A stretch of DNA of 64,000 nucleotides, from the IMG/VR virus record IMGVR_UViG_3300030102_004953; one strand, 5' to 3'. This document shows, in pieces, positions 10,901 through 19,935 of this stretch; the stretch's first letter is position 1; the number at the start of each line of letters is the position of its first letter. The notes under the pieces were generated by a model, which had not been told where the DNA came from, made no database searches, and was given only the letters and a program-made list of their open reading frames with translations. This stretch comes from an uncultured virus (IMG/VR IMGVR_UViG_3300030102_004953). Lineage: Duplodnaviria; Heunggongvirae; Uroviricota; Caudoviricetes. A program made the position numbers and the translations under genes.

Positions 10901-11163
10901 GCCTTTGTAGCTTTCATTGTTGATATGACATCACCATCAGAAGTAACAAATTTGATAGAACTTGTTGATACAAATAATTCTTTCCAAGGTCTTGTAGCAC
11001 TTCCTAAGTCGTATTCGTTAGCTGCGTGAGGTACTATACTCGCACTTGCACTCACTGCGTAAATTGATTGAGATACAACTAATACCGTACTAGTACCCTC
11101 GACTCCGATACCTTTAGGATTGTGTAAATCTGTTCCTGTTAGGGCGTTATGTAGTTTTGCCAT
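7981..11163 (-). CDS. Long beta-rich tail fibre with internal repeats and S74 chaperone
   Basis: YDLGS..PW motifs, repeated TGSFGRL.THQANA..GGKI.TLAGNLTT units, SSEIYKENI...IGVVAEE...YTRIVPLLIEAVK. Confidence 0.8.
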   Translation of the reverse strand: MAKLHNALTGTDLHNPKGIGVEGTSTVLVVSQSIYAVSASASIVPHAANEYDLGSATRPWKELFVSTSSIKFVTSDGDVISTMKATKAGVTFTSGSTGVAADVSGSTISGSALHIEGSGKITGDLTLGGSINIGDADTDDITLGGEIKSNIVPDADATYDLGSSTKGWNDLHLGSGGVVNFDGGDVTFTHSSNDVAVAGGTLTVDGGVKVDNITIDGTEIDLSSGDLTIDVAGDVIIDADGGDFKIDDAGVSLFDVSSTKISGSETATGSFATIETVSNVSSSQSATGSFGRLQTHQANASFGGKILTLAGNLTTSTGAGTIDFAADKTLTLNEDLTVSDGQNVVLAAAGQANTFTMNESFTIGDGNSGTLTYSGASKTLTVEDNSTINQDVTSDASVTFGDVTADGGVSIDNITIDGTEIDLSSGDLTIDVAGDLIVDVDGGDFKVDDAGVHLFDVTATKVSGSATSTGSFARIETDSTISGSQASTGSFGRLQTHQANASLGGKIVTLAGNLTTQNNNLTINAADAARTLTLTEDFTIGGGNSGTLTYSGASKTLTVADTTTLSGGGNTLTLAGDLTTQNNNVIINAADAERTLTLTEDFTIGGGHAGTLTYSAGSKTLTVENDSAVNQDLTSDADVAFNTVDLASNMTIAGNLTADHGSNNFTIASTNASVLVEGTTFTGNDVTIPGNLTVQGSQTIISSSALDVVDINITVGSGSESSAALDGAGLTFGKADIARLQYDHSLTAMSSSVDFYAPNVSASMAGTGSFGRLETHQANADLGGKIVTLAGNLTTQNNNLTINAVDAARTLTLTEDFTIGGGNSGTLTYSGASKTLTVADSTTLSGGGNTLTLAGDLTTQNNNVIINAVGAERTLTLNESLTVGDGNDGTVTFSASSKTLTVEDNATVSQDMTSDANPTFAGVTAGNVKVGVTADGEIDTSSGNLTIDSAGGTVTIDDDCTISGTLTESSSEIYKENISQLQNGLDKVLMMRGVEFDYKSDKSHSIGVVAEEISKVEPYLLSDDKKSVSYTRIVPLLIEAVKSLNDKVEEQNKLIESLKN

Positions 11164-11177
11164 TTTTTATTCCTATG

Positions 11178-11444
11178 TTAAAATTCTTCAGCAAGTATGA
11201 CTTCATCATCAGTTACCGATGTAATGAACTTCATACCTATGAAAGTTCCATCTCCAATAACAATACCTCTTTCTAAGGCATCTATAGATAAGCCAGTATC
11301 TATACCAGTTAAATTACCACCATCTCCAAGATATGTTCCAAATGATGCTGTTGATTCTGATGAACCACTTACGTTCCCACTTGCGGTAACGTGGTTTAAA
11401 TGAGCAGAGCTGCCCGAAACTACGACTTTTTTCCAATTTGGCAT
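11178..11444 (-). CDS. Small virion-associated protein (MPNWKKV-type N-terminus)
   Basis: Strong SD (AAGGAG) upstream; N-terminus paralogous to 11840..13144. Confidence 0.65.
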   Translation of the reverse strand: MPNWKKVVVSGSSAHLNHVTASGNVSGSSESTASFGTYLGDGGNLTGIDTGLSIDALERGIVIGDGTFIGMKFITSVTDDEVILAEEF

Positions 11445-11461
11445 CTATATTATCTCCTTAT

Positions 11462-11514
11462 GGTTGGATACTCTTTCGAGCCCACTTCCCAACGTTGCCA
11501 CACATCGAGCCAAT
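11462..11514 (-). ncRNA. Candidate structured cis-regulatory RNA (three-way junction) directly upstream of an RBS
   Basis: GC-rich intergenic island. Minus strand UUGG-CUCGAUGU(GUGGCA)ACGUUGGG-AAGUGG-GCUC(GAAA)GAGU-AU-CCAA gives P1 UUGG/CCAA, a P2 stem and a P3 capped by a GNRA tetraloop. Confidence 0.5.
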
Positions 11515-11517
11515 AAG

Positions 11518-11823
11518 TTATTCATCTACTTCCAAGTAAAGCTCACCTTCAATCTCTTTTGTTTTAGCGATTTCGTCTTGAGCTTTAGAAATCTTTTCTT
11601 TAAGAATCTCACTACTACCTTTTTTAGTATTTAAGATTCTCTCTTTCTTATCTAACAAATGATATTGGTTTCTTAACTTATCTACTGCCCTTGTAGCTAT
11701 AGGTAAGTATTTACCAGGTATCATCGCCTCTTTAATTACCTCAAATAGAAACTCTATTTCTATTTTTTCAAACTTAGCCATCTCATCGACAACTACTTTT
11801 TTCTTTCCAGCTTTTACAGCCAT
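11518..11823 (-). CDS. Hypothetical protein
   Basis: 101-aa ORF with GAGG SD, in operon context. Confidence 0.7.
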   Translation of the reverse strand: MAVKAGKKKVVVDEMAKFEKIEIEFLFEVIKEAMIPGKYLPIATRAVDKLRNQYHLLDKKERILNTKKGSSEILKEKISKAQDEIAKTKEIEGELYLEVDE

Positions 11824-11839
11824 TGTAACCTCTTAAAGT

Positions 11840-13144
11840 TTATGAGAATATAAAAATATCACCTGTATCACTATTAATATGAATCATACCTCTACGTGTT
11901 GCAGCATCAGCTCCAAAATCATTTGGATTTCCTGTTGGGTCAACTGCTGATTGTGATACTGTAGTAACATATTGTCTTGGTACAGCAGTTGTTTGTGAAT
12001 CACCCACTTCATCAACTCCTGTTATTCCCCATCTTGTTGCACTATCATCAAACATAAATGCACTACCACTACCATTTGCTGCTGTACTTGCAACTAATCC
12101 ACTATCTCCACTTGTTGAACCACTAGCCATAATGATAAACTTATCTGCAACTCTTAAATTCGTAGTATCAATAGTTGTAAGTGTACCATTTACATCCAAG
12201 TCGCCAGCTATTGTAGCATTACCTGTAACAGTCAAGTTATCTCCCACTGTTACTTCTGATGTTGAGTGTCCAATATTTACTGCGATACCACTATTAGCAG
12301 TACCCACAGATATAGTACCTGTAGATGTATCAATATTAGTATTTCCAGCGGCATCTAAGGAGAATGTAGAACCACCATCTATAGTAATTGCTGCACTAGC
12401 ATCAATATCAAGAGCACCTGCATCAATATCTACTATAGAACCGTCAGCTTGATTACCATCAAGATGTATAGCTGTTCCACTTTCGTGGTCACCTTTGATG
12501 ATAATGCCTGCATCATTTGCTTCAGCTTCTAATGTTAAGTTACCAGCGGATGTGTTTATGTTTGATGCGGCGTCAACATCAATAGATATTCCACTTGTTC
12601 CGTCAATGGTAATTGCATCACTTGCGTCAATATCAAGTGTAGAAGAGTCGATGTCAATGGCTACATCTGCTGCTACACCTATATCAATACCACCTGCACC
12701 ATCAATAGATACTTTACCACTATTAGATGCATCAATGTCAACACCCGTGTGTCCATCTAATACTAAATTACCAGCTTCAGAATCTACTGTTAGATTACCA
12801 GCTGATGCTTTTACAGTACCTGCATCAGTAAGGGTGATATCACCCTCTAAAAATAAATCTTGCCAAGCTTGGGTTGCTGAACCTAAATCATATGTATCAT
12901 CTGCATTTGGTAAAAGGTTAGAATCAATATCTGCACCAAAAGTGACCGAATCTGTGTTAGCATCACCAAATGTTAGGTTTCCACCAAATACACCATCACC
13001 GTGTACATTTAAGTACCCAAATGAACCTGTAGATACTGAAGAACCACTTATACTAGTGCCTTCTATATCTATACCACCACTTGAGGTGACCTGATGTAGT
13101 TCCGCATTACTTCCCGAAACTATTACTTTACGCCATTGTGCCAT
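11840..13144 (-). CDS. Virion structural/fibre protein (beta-helix-like repeats)
   Basis: MAQWRKVIVSGS start, YDLGS..AW motif, ID-A repeats, AGGAG SD. Confidence 0.7.
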   Translation of the reverse strand: MAQWRKVIVSGSNAELHQVTSSGGIDIEGTSISGSSVSTGSFGYLNVHGDGVFGGNLTFGDANTDSVTFGADIDSNLLPNADDTYDLGSATQAWQDLFLEGDITLTDAGTVKASAGNLTVDSEAGNLVLDGHTGVDIDASNSGKVSIDGAGGIDIGVAADVAIDIDSSTLDIDASDAITIDGTSGISIDVDAASNINTSAGNLTLEAEANDAGIIIKGDHESGTAIHLDGNQADGSIVDIDAGALDIDASAAITIDGGSTFSLDAAGNTNIDTSTGTISVGTANSGIAVNIGHSTSEVTVGDNLTVTGNATIAGDLDVNGTLTTIDTTNLRVADKFIIMASGSTSGDSGLVASTAANGSGSAFMFDDSATRWGITGVDEVGDSQTTAVPRQYVTTVSQSAVDPTGNPNDFGADAATRRGMIHINSDTGDIFIFS

Positions 13145-13202
13145 TGTTATCTCCTAAATTTAGACATTAACTGTCTATCTATAAATATTATTTTCATACA
13201 AA

Positions 13203-14132
13203 TTATGGTAGTCCACTTCCTTCAAATCCTAAGAACCAATGGTCTGAACCACTATAATAAAGTCCTCCAGCTACTGCAGTAGGTGTAGCACCTGTTTTAG
13301 CTCCAAGAACAACTACCTTATCATCTACTTGAAGAACCAACTCATCATTATCATTACGTAGTGTTAGTAAATCACTACTATCTGTAGCCTTAAAAACAAA
13401 ACTTGAACCTGTTACAGATACATCAGAACCATCACTATTGAAAGTAGATGTTCCTAATGTCAATGTATTAGCCTCTAAGGAATCAAACGAACCCGTACCA
13501 CTTAAAGTTAAACCATCTGCAAGTGTCTCACCAACGTATTGATAAGCAGTCATATACACATTTACATTTGAACTTAATGCGGTTTCAAATTGTAATACAC
13601 CTGTTTTGTAATCAAACTGATAATCATTCGTTGAAACAACATCACCACTACCTAAAGAACCACTATCCGTAGAAGTTGATTTTAAAACTTGAACGTTGTA
13701 GCCAGGTGTTGAATCTTCTGCATTTGCATTAGCTAATGAAACATCAGAATACTTTGGTGATATAAAGTTTCCTTGTTGATTTGAATCTATCAACTGAGGT
13801 GTAATACCAGCAGCACTACCTGTATGTGGTGGTGAAGTAGAATATGAAAAAAAGAATACATCTTCTTCAACGTTAGATGGAGTTAATTTTTGTCTGAAAT
13901 AATATTTCATTATACCTTTATTACCACTACCACTTGTAAATGTTTTACCACTTTGTGAACTACCACTAAAAGGTAAAGAGCCTGTAGGTATAAGACTAGC
14001 TTGAGTGTAAACCTCACTAGCTCTTATATCCAATACTGAAGCAAATGCCTCTTGAGAAGCGTTTAAGTCAGCACTTGTAAATCTTCTTCCACCTAACAGT
14101 CGATTCGATTTTTTTTCTAAATCAATAGCCAT
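13203..14132 (-). CDS. Putative virion structural protein
   Basis: Ser/Thr/Gly-rich; YQFDYKTGVLQF...YQYVG motif of the kind seen in phage baseplate/tail proteins. Confidence 0.6.
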   Translation of the reverse strand: MAIDLEKKSNRLLGGRRFTSADLNASQEAFASVLDIRASEVYTQASLIPTGSLPFSGSSQSGKTFTSGSGNKGIMKYYFRQKLTPSNVEEDVFFFSYSTSPPHTGSAAGITPQLIDSNQQGNFISPKYSDVSLANANAEDSTPGYNVQVLKSTSTDSGSLGSGDVVSTNDYQFDYKTGVLQFETALSSNVNVYMTAYQYVGETLADGLTLSGTGSFDSLEANTLTLGTSTFNSDGSDVSVTGSSFVFKATDSSDLLTLRNDNDELVLQVDDKVVVLGAKTGATPTAVAGGLYYSGSDHWFLGFEGSGLP

Positions 14133-16483
14133 TAACTATACCCCAATGTTATACTTGTTACTGGTGATGGATCTCCTTTGTATCTTACCATTACATAAAG
14201 TTCATCATCTGTTGAATCTAAAAACATACCATCTGCGTTTCTCATTGGAACAGTATAAGTGGTTGATGATATATTACCACCTGTATTTCCATATAAATCT
14301 ATATTACTTGAAAATGGATTTTTATGATTGTCTGCACTCACTCCACTCTCAATTAAGTTGCTTGTTGTTGCACTTGGGTCATATATTCTACAAGTAGATA
14401 TAGCTGTATTTCCACCAGCACTTGTACCACTTTTGAATATCAATCCAACTGCAACTCCATTTGAAGTAGAGTTCCAATTCACTAATGTTTTACCAACATT
14501 AACTGTCATACTTGTTTTGTTTCCACTTGTTTTTTGGAATCTTCTTATATAATATTTGTATGTACCACTACCAAAGTTTGTAGGGAACCAATATCCATAA
14601 CTACCACCAGGATCTACTAAGTAACCCGGCTTAACTTGTAAATCATAATTACCGAGAACCGCATCCCCCTCATCATTTGTTTGAAATGAATCTGTTGTAA
14701 AATATGCCCCATTGAACGCAGTTACATTATCTGCAATAACTATCCTAGAATCTTCACCTGTAAATGTTTCTGTAGTATCTTGTAATGTATTTGAATCATA
14801 TCCTTGTGCTCTACTATAAACTGCCATACTTCCACTATCAGCGCTTTGATTGAAAAGTGATGCCGTATAAAGATTCAATGTGCTTGTTGTATCGGTAACA
14901 GAACTGTTTTTCCAATTTCTACCTGTAGCTCTAAATGATAATTGATAATTCAAAGTATTGTTTGCTGTTCTATTTTGTCCAACGTTATCAGTATTACTAT
15001 CAAGTGAAAAACTTAATGAAGAACTTGCAACTGCGATATCTTGAATTTGTGGGTCAAAACCACTACTTCTTTTTGTAGTTCTTGTTGCATCAATTACATA
15101 ATTAGTATCACCTGTTGATGATACTCCAGTATTAGATACTGTTGTGGTTGTGTTACTTAATGTAGTTGAACCAATATTTTCCCAAGTATCAGTTGGGTTT
15201 GAATTTACGATTACCGATGTTCCATATCCATACGCTGGGTCAAAGGATTTACTTACTTCTGAATCAAAAGTGAATGAGTAAGTAGTAGTTAACAAATATG
15301 GTGCACCACTTAAACTTCTTGAAGTTGCAGTGAATCCAGTTCTTTTAAGAGAACTTGTTACTACTGCAGTTGGTGCACCATCAGTAATATCACTTGGTAA
15401 CCCACCTGCATATAAATAAAATCTCGTAGTTCCATCCGAACCATCTCTATACTGAAAATCACTCATCGAACCTGATTTCAATCCAACAACAACATCGTGT
15501 ATTTGGTAGTAACCACTAGCAGAAATATTTGTAGCAGAAGTTGCACCACCTGTATATTTTCTTCCACTTATAGGTCCTGCAACGCTATTGAAATCTCCAT
15601 CTTGAAATGCAGATGGTATAACAGCAGGTTGTGATGTTACTATTTTAGTAAGTGTGAGTCCGTTAGAAGTACCAAAAGAACTTTGTACATAGTCTACAAA
15701 AGAATGTGTATGGAATGTAGAACTCGCATCAGGTGTTTGGTCTGAATAATTATCACTAAATGATTGTGATGCAATAACTCTGACTGTATATGCGGTAGCA
15801 TTACCACTTGTTAATGCACCCAAACCAAACGTATTTGCACTACTACTAACAATCGTAGAACCACCAGCATTTGCTGTTATAGTATTTGTAAGTGTACCAA
15901 ATGTACCTTGTGTTGTAATATTTGAAGATGGTATTCTTGAAGCATAAGAACCGTGAAATGGATTTGTAGCTACATCATTACTATTAGTTCCTCTATCACT
16001 TGATTGAACCCAACCCTTTAATTCTAAATAATCGAGTGCCGCTTTATAAGAACCAGTTTCACTTAAATCAATAAATGCTGAGCCAGTCCAACTATTACTT
16101 AATCTTGCATTCTCATATGTAGAACCCAACACACCATTCAATAATGAACTCTTACTTGTTTCACTTCCATCTGTATGTGCTGTGGTTACACTACTCCAAA
16201 TTTTTGTATTTGGTGCTGCGTCTGATACATCCAATGAATGGCTCATAGCACCTGCAATAAATCTTAAAATCTCACTTACGTGTGTAGTGTTATCAAAATT
16301 ATTAAAGTAACTACCATCTAAACTTGTTCCCCACGGATTAGAAGTTGGGTAACCATTTTGTATGTTGTTAGTTTTTATAGCAGTTGAACCACTATCAGCC
16401 TGTTCTACTTGTAAAAAAGTATTATTATCAGAGCCTGTTATTACAAGTGTTTGTCTACGTATCTCTTTACCAAGATAATTCAC
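14132..16483 (-). CDS. Large Ser/Thr-rich putative virion protein
   Basis: 783-aa ORF, translationally coupled to both neighbours, beta-rich composition. Confidence 0.6.
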   Translation of the reverse strand: MNYLGKEIRRQTLVITGSDNNTFLQVEQADSGSTAIKTNNIQNGYPTSNPWGTSLDGSYFNNFDNTTHVSEILRFIAGAMSHSLDVSDAAPNTKIWSSVTTAHTDGSETSKSSLLNGVLGSTYENARLSNSWTGSAFIDLSETGSYKAALDYLELKGWVQSSDRGTNSNDVATNPFHGSYASRIPSSNITTQGTFGTLTNTITANAGGSTIVSSSANTFGLGALTSGNATAYTVRVIASQSFSDNYSDQTPDASSTFHTHSFVDYVQSSFGTSNGLTLTKIVTSQPAVIPSAFQDGDFNSVAGPISGRKYTGGATSATNISASGYYQIHDVVVGLKSGSMSDFQYRDGSDGTTRFYLYAGGLPSDITDGAPTAVVTSSLKRTGFTATSRSLSGAPYLLTTTYSFTFDSEVSKSFDPAYGYGTSVIVNSNPTDTWENIGSTTLSNTTTTVSNTGVSSTGDTNYVIDATRTTKRSSGFDPQIQDIAVASSSLSFSLDSNTDNVGQNRTANNTLNYQLSFRATGRNWKNSSVTDTTSTLNLYTASLFNQSADSGSMAVYSRAQGYDSNTLQDTTETFTGEDSRIVIADNVTAFNGAYFTTDSFQTNDEGDAVLGNYDLQVKPGYLVDPGGSYGYWFPTNFGSGTYKYYIRRFQKTSGNKTSMTVNVGKTLVNWNSTSNGVAVGLIFKSGTSAGGNTAISTCRIYDPSATTSNLIESGVSADNHKNPFSSNIDLYGNTGGNISSTTYTVPMRNADGMFLDSTDDELYVMVRYKGDPSPVTSITLGYS

Positions 16484-16809
16484 TATGTAATCTCCAATAT
16501 ACTAGCAAACACATCAAGGTCACTATTAGCATTAGCTTGAGTTTCTAATTTATCCCCCGCTCCCAAGTTAATTGGTTTCTCGATTACAGTTGTAGAATCT
16601 GCTGGAACTAAAACTGTTTTTAAGAGATATCTTCTTGTATTAAAATTAGCACTACCACTAATAGCTATATCAATAGTAGCATCATTTGTTCCATCAACAT
16701 TACTAACATACATAGCGTGTACAACTGAGGTTGTATCAGCTGGGCAAGTGTAAATTGGTTGTAAGGTTGTAGTTGAACCTGTTGCTGCACTTTTAAAGGT
16801 TTGAGCCAT
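16483..16809 (-). CDS. Small putative virion structural protein
   Basis: IYTCPA..VSNVDG..ATI..VPADST..KPINL..GDKL..SILEIT pattern, typical of small beta-sandwich tail proteins. Confidence 0.6.
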   Translation of the reverse strand: MAQTFKSAATGSTTTLQPIYTCPADTTSVVHAMYVSNVDGTNDATIDIAISGSANFNTRRYLLKTVLVPADSTTVIEKPINLGAGDKLETQANANSDLDVFASILEIT

Positions 16810-16811
16810 TA

Positions 16812-17027
16812 TTATCCTCCAAATACTATGGCTAAAGCAGTTGCTGTATCAACAACACTTGTGCCTTGTTCAAAAACTCTACCTGTTGTGTTTACACTAC
16901 CTGAAGTTACTAAAACGTATTCTCCTTGTGTTGTATTCTCACTACCACTAATAAAAAGTGAACCAGTATTTATTTGAAATGAACCTGATAAATCTTTACT
17001 TAGTTGTTTCGAGTCTATTAAAGCCAT
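16812..17027 (-). CDS. Small hypothetical virion protein
   Basis: 71 aa, several SGS/TGS motifs, ends ATALAIVFGG. Confidence 0.55.
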   Translation of the reverse strand: MALIDSKQLSKDLSGSFQINTGSLFISGSENTTQGEYVLVTSGSVNTTGRVFEQGTSVVDTATALAIVFGG

Positions 17028-17280
17028 AATCTTCTTGCTTTCTTTCTTCCCACCACGAAGTTATTGATTTTGAAATCTTCTTTTTGTGTTGGTAAGATTT
17101 TGGTTGTTTCATTTTCTCGATTGTTTCGAGAGTAAATTTTCTATCTAACTGAGCGCAGGATTTACATACAGTATTATTTTCCACTGCTCTATCAAAAGCA
17201 TCTTTTCTTGTATATGTTAAAATTTTACTACAATCGGGACACTTTCTATTTTTTCTATTCTTCCAATGTCTTTTTCTCAT
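16996..17280 (-). CDS. Zinc-ribbon/NUMOD3-like DNA-binding protein
   Basis: CPDC...CKSC plus ETIEKMK..HKKKIS; no nuclease motif seen. Confidence 0.55.
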   Translation of the reverse strand: MRKRHWKNRKNRKCPDCSKILTYTRKDAFDRAVENNTVCKSCAQLDRKFTLETIEKMKQPKSYQHKKKISKSITSWWEERKQEDYGFNRLETTK

Positions 17281-17321
17281 CTTATATATAAATATCTAAG
17301 AATGGTAAAACCAAAGTGGAA

Positions 17322-18155
17322 TTATGAATTAAATTTACCAAAACCAACAATTTCATCATCACTTGATAGGTTATAACCTAAATTAGATGTATTAACGTGC
17401 AATTCAAGTGTTGAACCTTTTTGTTGTATGTTTAACGCATCATATTCCATAATCATACCATTTATAAAAAACATAAAATCATCTTTACTTGTAGAAGTCA
17501 TAGTGTCTGTAGAAGCTGTTACTGCAGCAAAACTTGCAGTTGTCGTACTGATACTAGCAGTATGTGTAAATGATTTTCTAAGATATTCATTTTGTGCAAT
17601 ACTTGTATTGAATGATAATCGAGCTGCTCTTTCCGTAGCTAAATCACTCACATCATTTGCTACAGCACTATTAGCAATCTCATCCATAGCTGTACTTGAG
17701 TTTATACTAAGGGAACCTGTTAGTGCTAGACTTCCTGTAAATTCGTGTTTATCATCAAGGGTGTTTCCAAATAGTGTTGAACCACTTCTTTGTATTTGAA
17801 ATGATTGAGTTAATTCACTTCGAATAACTTCAGCAACTATACTACCTGTTACAGTTAGATTACCATCTATAGTAGTATCTCCAGTAACCGATAACGAACC
17901 TGTAATATGTGTATCACCACCAAAACTAGCAGTTCCATTTGCACTACCAGATATACTTTTAGTTTTTAGCTCTAAAGGATTTTCTGTTGTAAAAGAATTA
18001 AAAGTTACGTTAGATGATGATTCTACCGCCTGTCCGATTGATAAAGTTATACTTTCTGCTTCTTGAAGATATATGAATTTAGAATCATCGTGTGATGTCG
18101 TTACACCTGTACTTCCACTTATCCTTATTGGTGATTTTACTATTAAGTTAGCCAT
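17322..18155 (-). CDS. Virion protein, paralog of the C-terminal half of 18157..19935
   Basis: Both share SIGQAV, IDGNLTV, FG.T.DD.H..TGS, YLRKSF, DF.FFING..ME.DAL and GKFN. Confidence 0.7.
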   Translation of the reverse strand: MANLIVKSPIRISGSTGVTTSHDDSKFIYLQEAESITLSIGQAVESSSNVTFNSFTTENPLELKTKSISGSANGTASFGGDTHITGSLSVTGDTTIDGNLTVTGSIVAEVIRSELTQSFQIQRSGSTLFGNTLDDKHEFTGSLALTGSLSINSSTAMDEIANSAVANDVSDLATERAARLSFNTSIAQNEYLRKSFTHTASISTTTASFAAVTASTDTMTSTSKDDFMFFINGMIMEYDALNIQQKGSTLELHVNTSNLGYNLSSDDEIVGFGKFNS

Positions 18156-18156
18156 C

Positions 18157-19935
18157 TTATGTATTGAATTTGCCGAGTGCTATTATCTCATCATCACTTT
18201 CTAAATTATATCCTATTGAAGAGTTATCAACCATTAAGTGAAAACTACCAGTAGAAACTTGTTTGATGGATAACGCATCGTGTTCCATATATTGTCCATT
18301 GATAAAGAATACAAAGTCATTTTCATTTGTTGCAGTCATATCAGTAGGTGCTGATGCAGTTGTTGCGTTAAAACTAGCAGTCGCAATGTTTACTATTGAA
18401 TTAGATGTTTTAAAGAAACTCTTTCTTAAATAATCTTGTTTTGTTCCCAAATCAGTTGTAGCGAATTGTCTTACAGCATTTTCTGTAACTAATGCTGTAG
18501 CACTCGAATCTGTTAAAGAGGTATCATTTGATATTTCGTTAATTGTATATCCATTTAAAACAAGTGAACCTGTTAGTGCTATACTACCCGTGTAGGTATG
18601 TGAATCATCTTGAGTATCTCCAAACTTACTAGAACCACTTGTAAACAAAATAGATGCAGATACAAATTCTGTTTTAACTTCTTGAGCAGTTAGTATACCA
18701 CCTACAGTTAAATTACCATCTATAGTAGAATTAGATGTTACATCTAAACTACCAGTTACTTTTACACTACCTTGTATACCATCACTACCATATGATATAC
18801 CACCTATTTGTGCACTACTAGCTGATATGGTATTGAAAGTTACATCAGCTGATGTACCAACCGCTTGTCCTATTGATATAGTTTGTTGTAAGTTATTAGA
18901 ACCATCCCAAGCAACACCAGTATTACTTATTGTTATACCAGTTCCTTGTAGTAAGGTTAATGGGTTTGAAGTTGAAATACGTACTTCTGTTCCAACTCGT
19001 GGTAGCGTATCTTCAGTTTCAGGATCGGGTGCTTCAGGATCGAATTCAGAAAATGGGCGTTGTACATCAAAACCTCTTCCAACTACAATCGGTGATTGTC
19101 TATGATGTGCTGTTTTACTATAATCTAAATTACCATAACCTGTTTTATCTTTACCTAAATCTGCTACCTCTGTACCAAAAACTAATCTCTTTGGTGATAA
19201 GAATCTTTTTGTTGTTAATTCATCATTAAATTTTTCAGGTAGTAGGTAACCACGAAAGTTAAAATTAAACTCTGTTCTTATAAGTCTTTCTTCTGTACTG
19301 ATTTCACTAGCATCAGTAAATTCTTCTACGTTAACTCTGAACTTAAACTTACCTGGCTCACCCCAATATGAACCATCAGAATATGTTATTTGTTCTATTA
19401 GGTGATTCATTTGTTCTACGTAAGTAGTCCAAACTCTAGCTTGATATTGCATAGTAACAAAATCAGGCATAGAAACTCTAAATATTTCTTTTTGAGGTCT
19501 TAAGCCTGTTTGTGTTGAAAACTGGTCATATCTATTTACGTTACTATACTTTTGTTTAAACGTTTGAAATATGGCTGGTTTGTTAGCATCTAACTTATCC
19601 ACTGTTACTTGTTCATCTTTTTGAAGTGATATTCTTCTAAAAAGAATAACAGGTGTTATTATCTGTCCACCCTTATCTCTTATATAACCATCTGCTCTTG
19701 AAGCTTTCCATCTTTCAGGATTACCATAGAATACAGGAACTTTTACTTTCTCACCTTGTTCACTAACTTCTGGTTTAATAACCTCATTGAAGTAGTACAT
19801 AATCGCAGCATCAAAGTCTTTAATCGTAGCGGTGATGTTCTTTACATCATCTTTATCTCTTCTTAATAATTCACCACGATTGAACTCATTTCCTATATAT
19901 CTCAGAGCTCGTGGTAACGGCTTATTTCTTGCCAT
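18157..19935 (-). CDS. Tail completion/terminator protein (T4 gp15-like) with C-terminal extension
   Basis: IKDFDAAIMYYF..KVPVFYGNPERW..PDFVTMQY..WT.YVEQMN.LIE..F.F..RGYL; lies after the neck genes. Confidence 0.6.
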   Translation of the reverse strand: MARNKPLPRALRYIGNEFNRGELLRRDKDDVKNITATIKDFDAAIMYYFNEVIKPEVSEQGEKVKVPVFYGNPERWKASRADGYIRDKGGQIITPVILFRRISLQKDEQVTVDKLDANKPAIFQTFKQKYSNVNRYDQFSTQTGLRPQKEIFRVSMPDFVTMQYQARVWTTYVEQMNHLIEQITYSDGSYWGEPGKFKFRVNVEEFTDASEISTEERLIRTEFNFNFRGYLLPEKFNDELTTKRFLSPKRLVFGTEVADLGKDKTGYGNLDYSKTAHHRQSPIVVGRGFDVQRPFSEFDPEAPDPETEDTLPRVGTEVRISTSNPLTLLQGTGITISNTGVAWDGSNNLQQTISIGQAVGTSADVTFNTISASSAQIGGISYGSDGIQGSVKVTGSLDVTSNSTIDGNLTVGGILTAQEVKTEFVSASILFTSGSSKFGDTQDDSHTYTGSIALTGSLVLNGYTINEISNDTSLTDSSATALVTENAVRQFATTDLGTKQDYLRKSFFKTSNSIVNIATASFNATTASAPTDMTATNENDFVFFINGQYMEHDALSIKQVSTGSFHLMVDNSSIGYNLESDDEIIALGKFNT

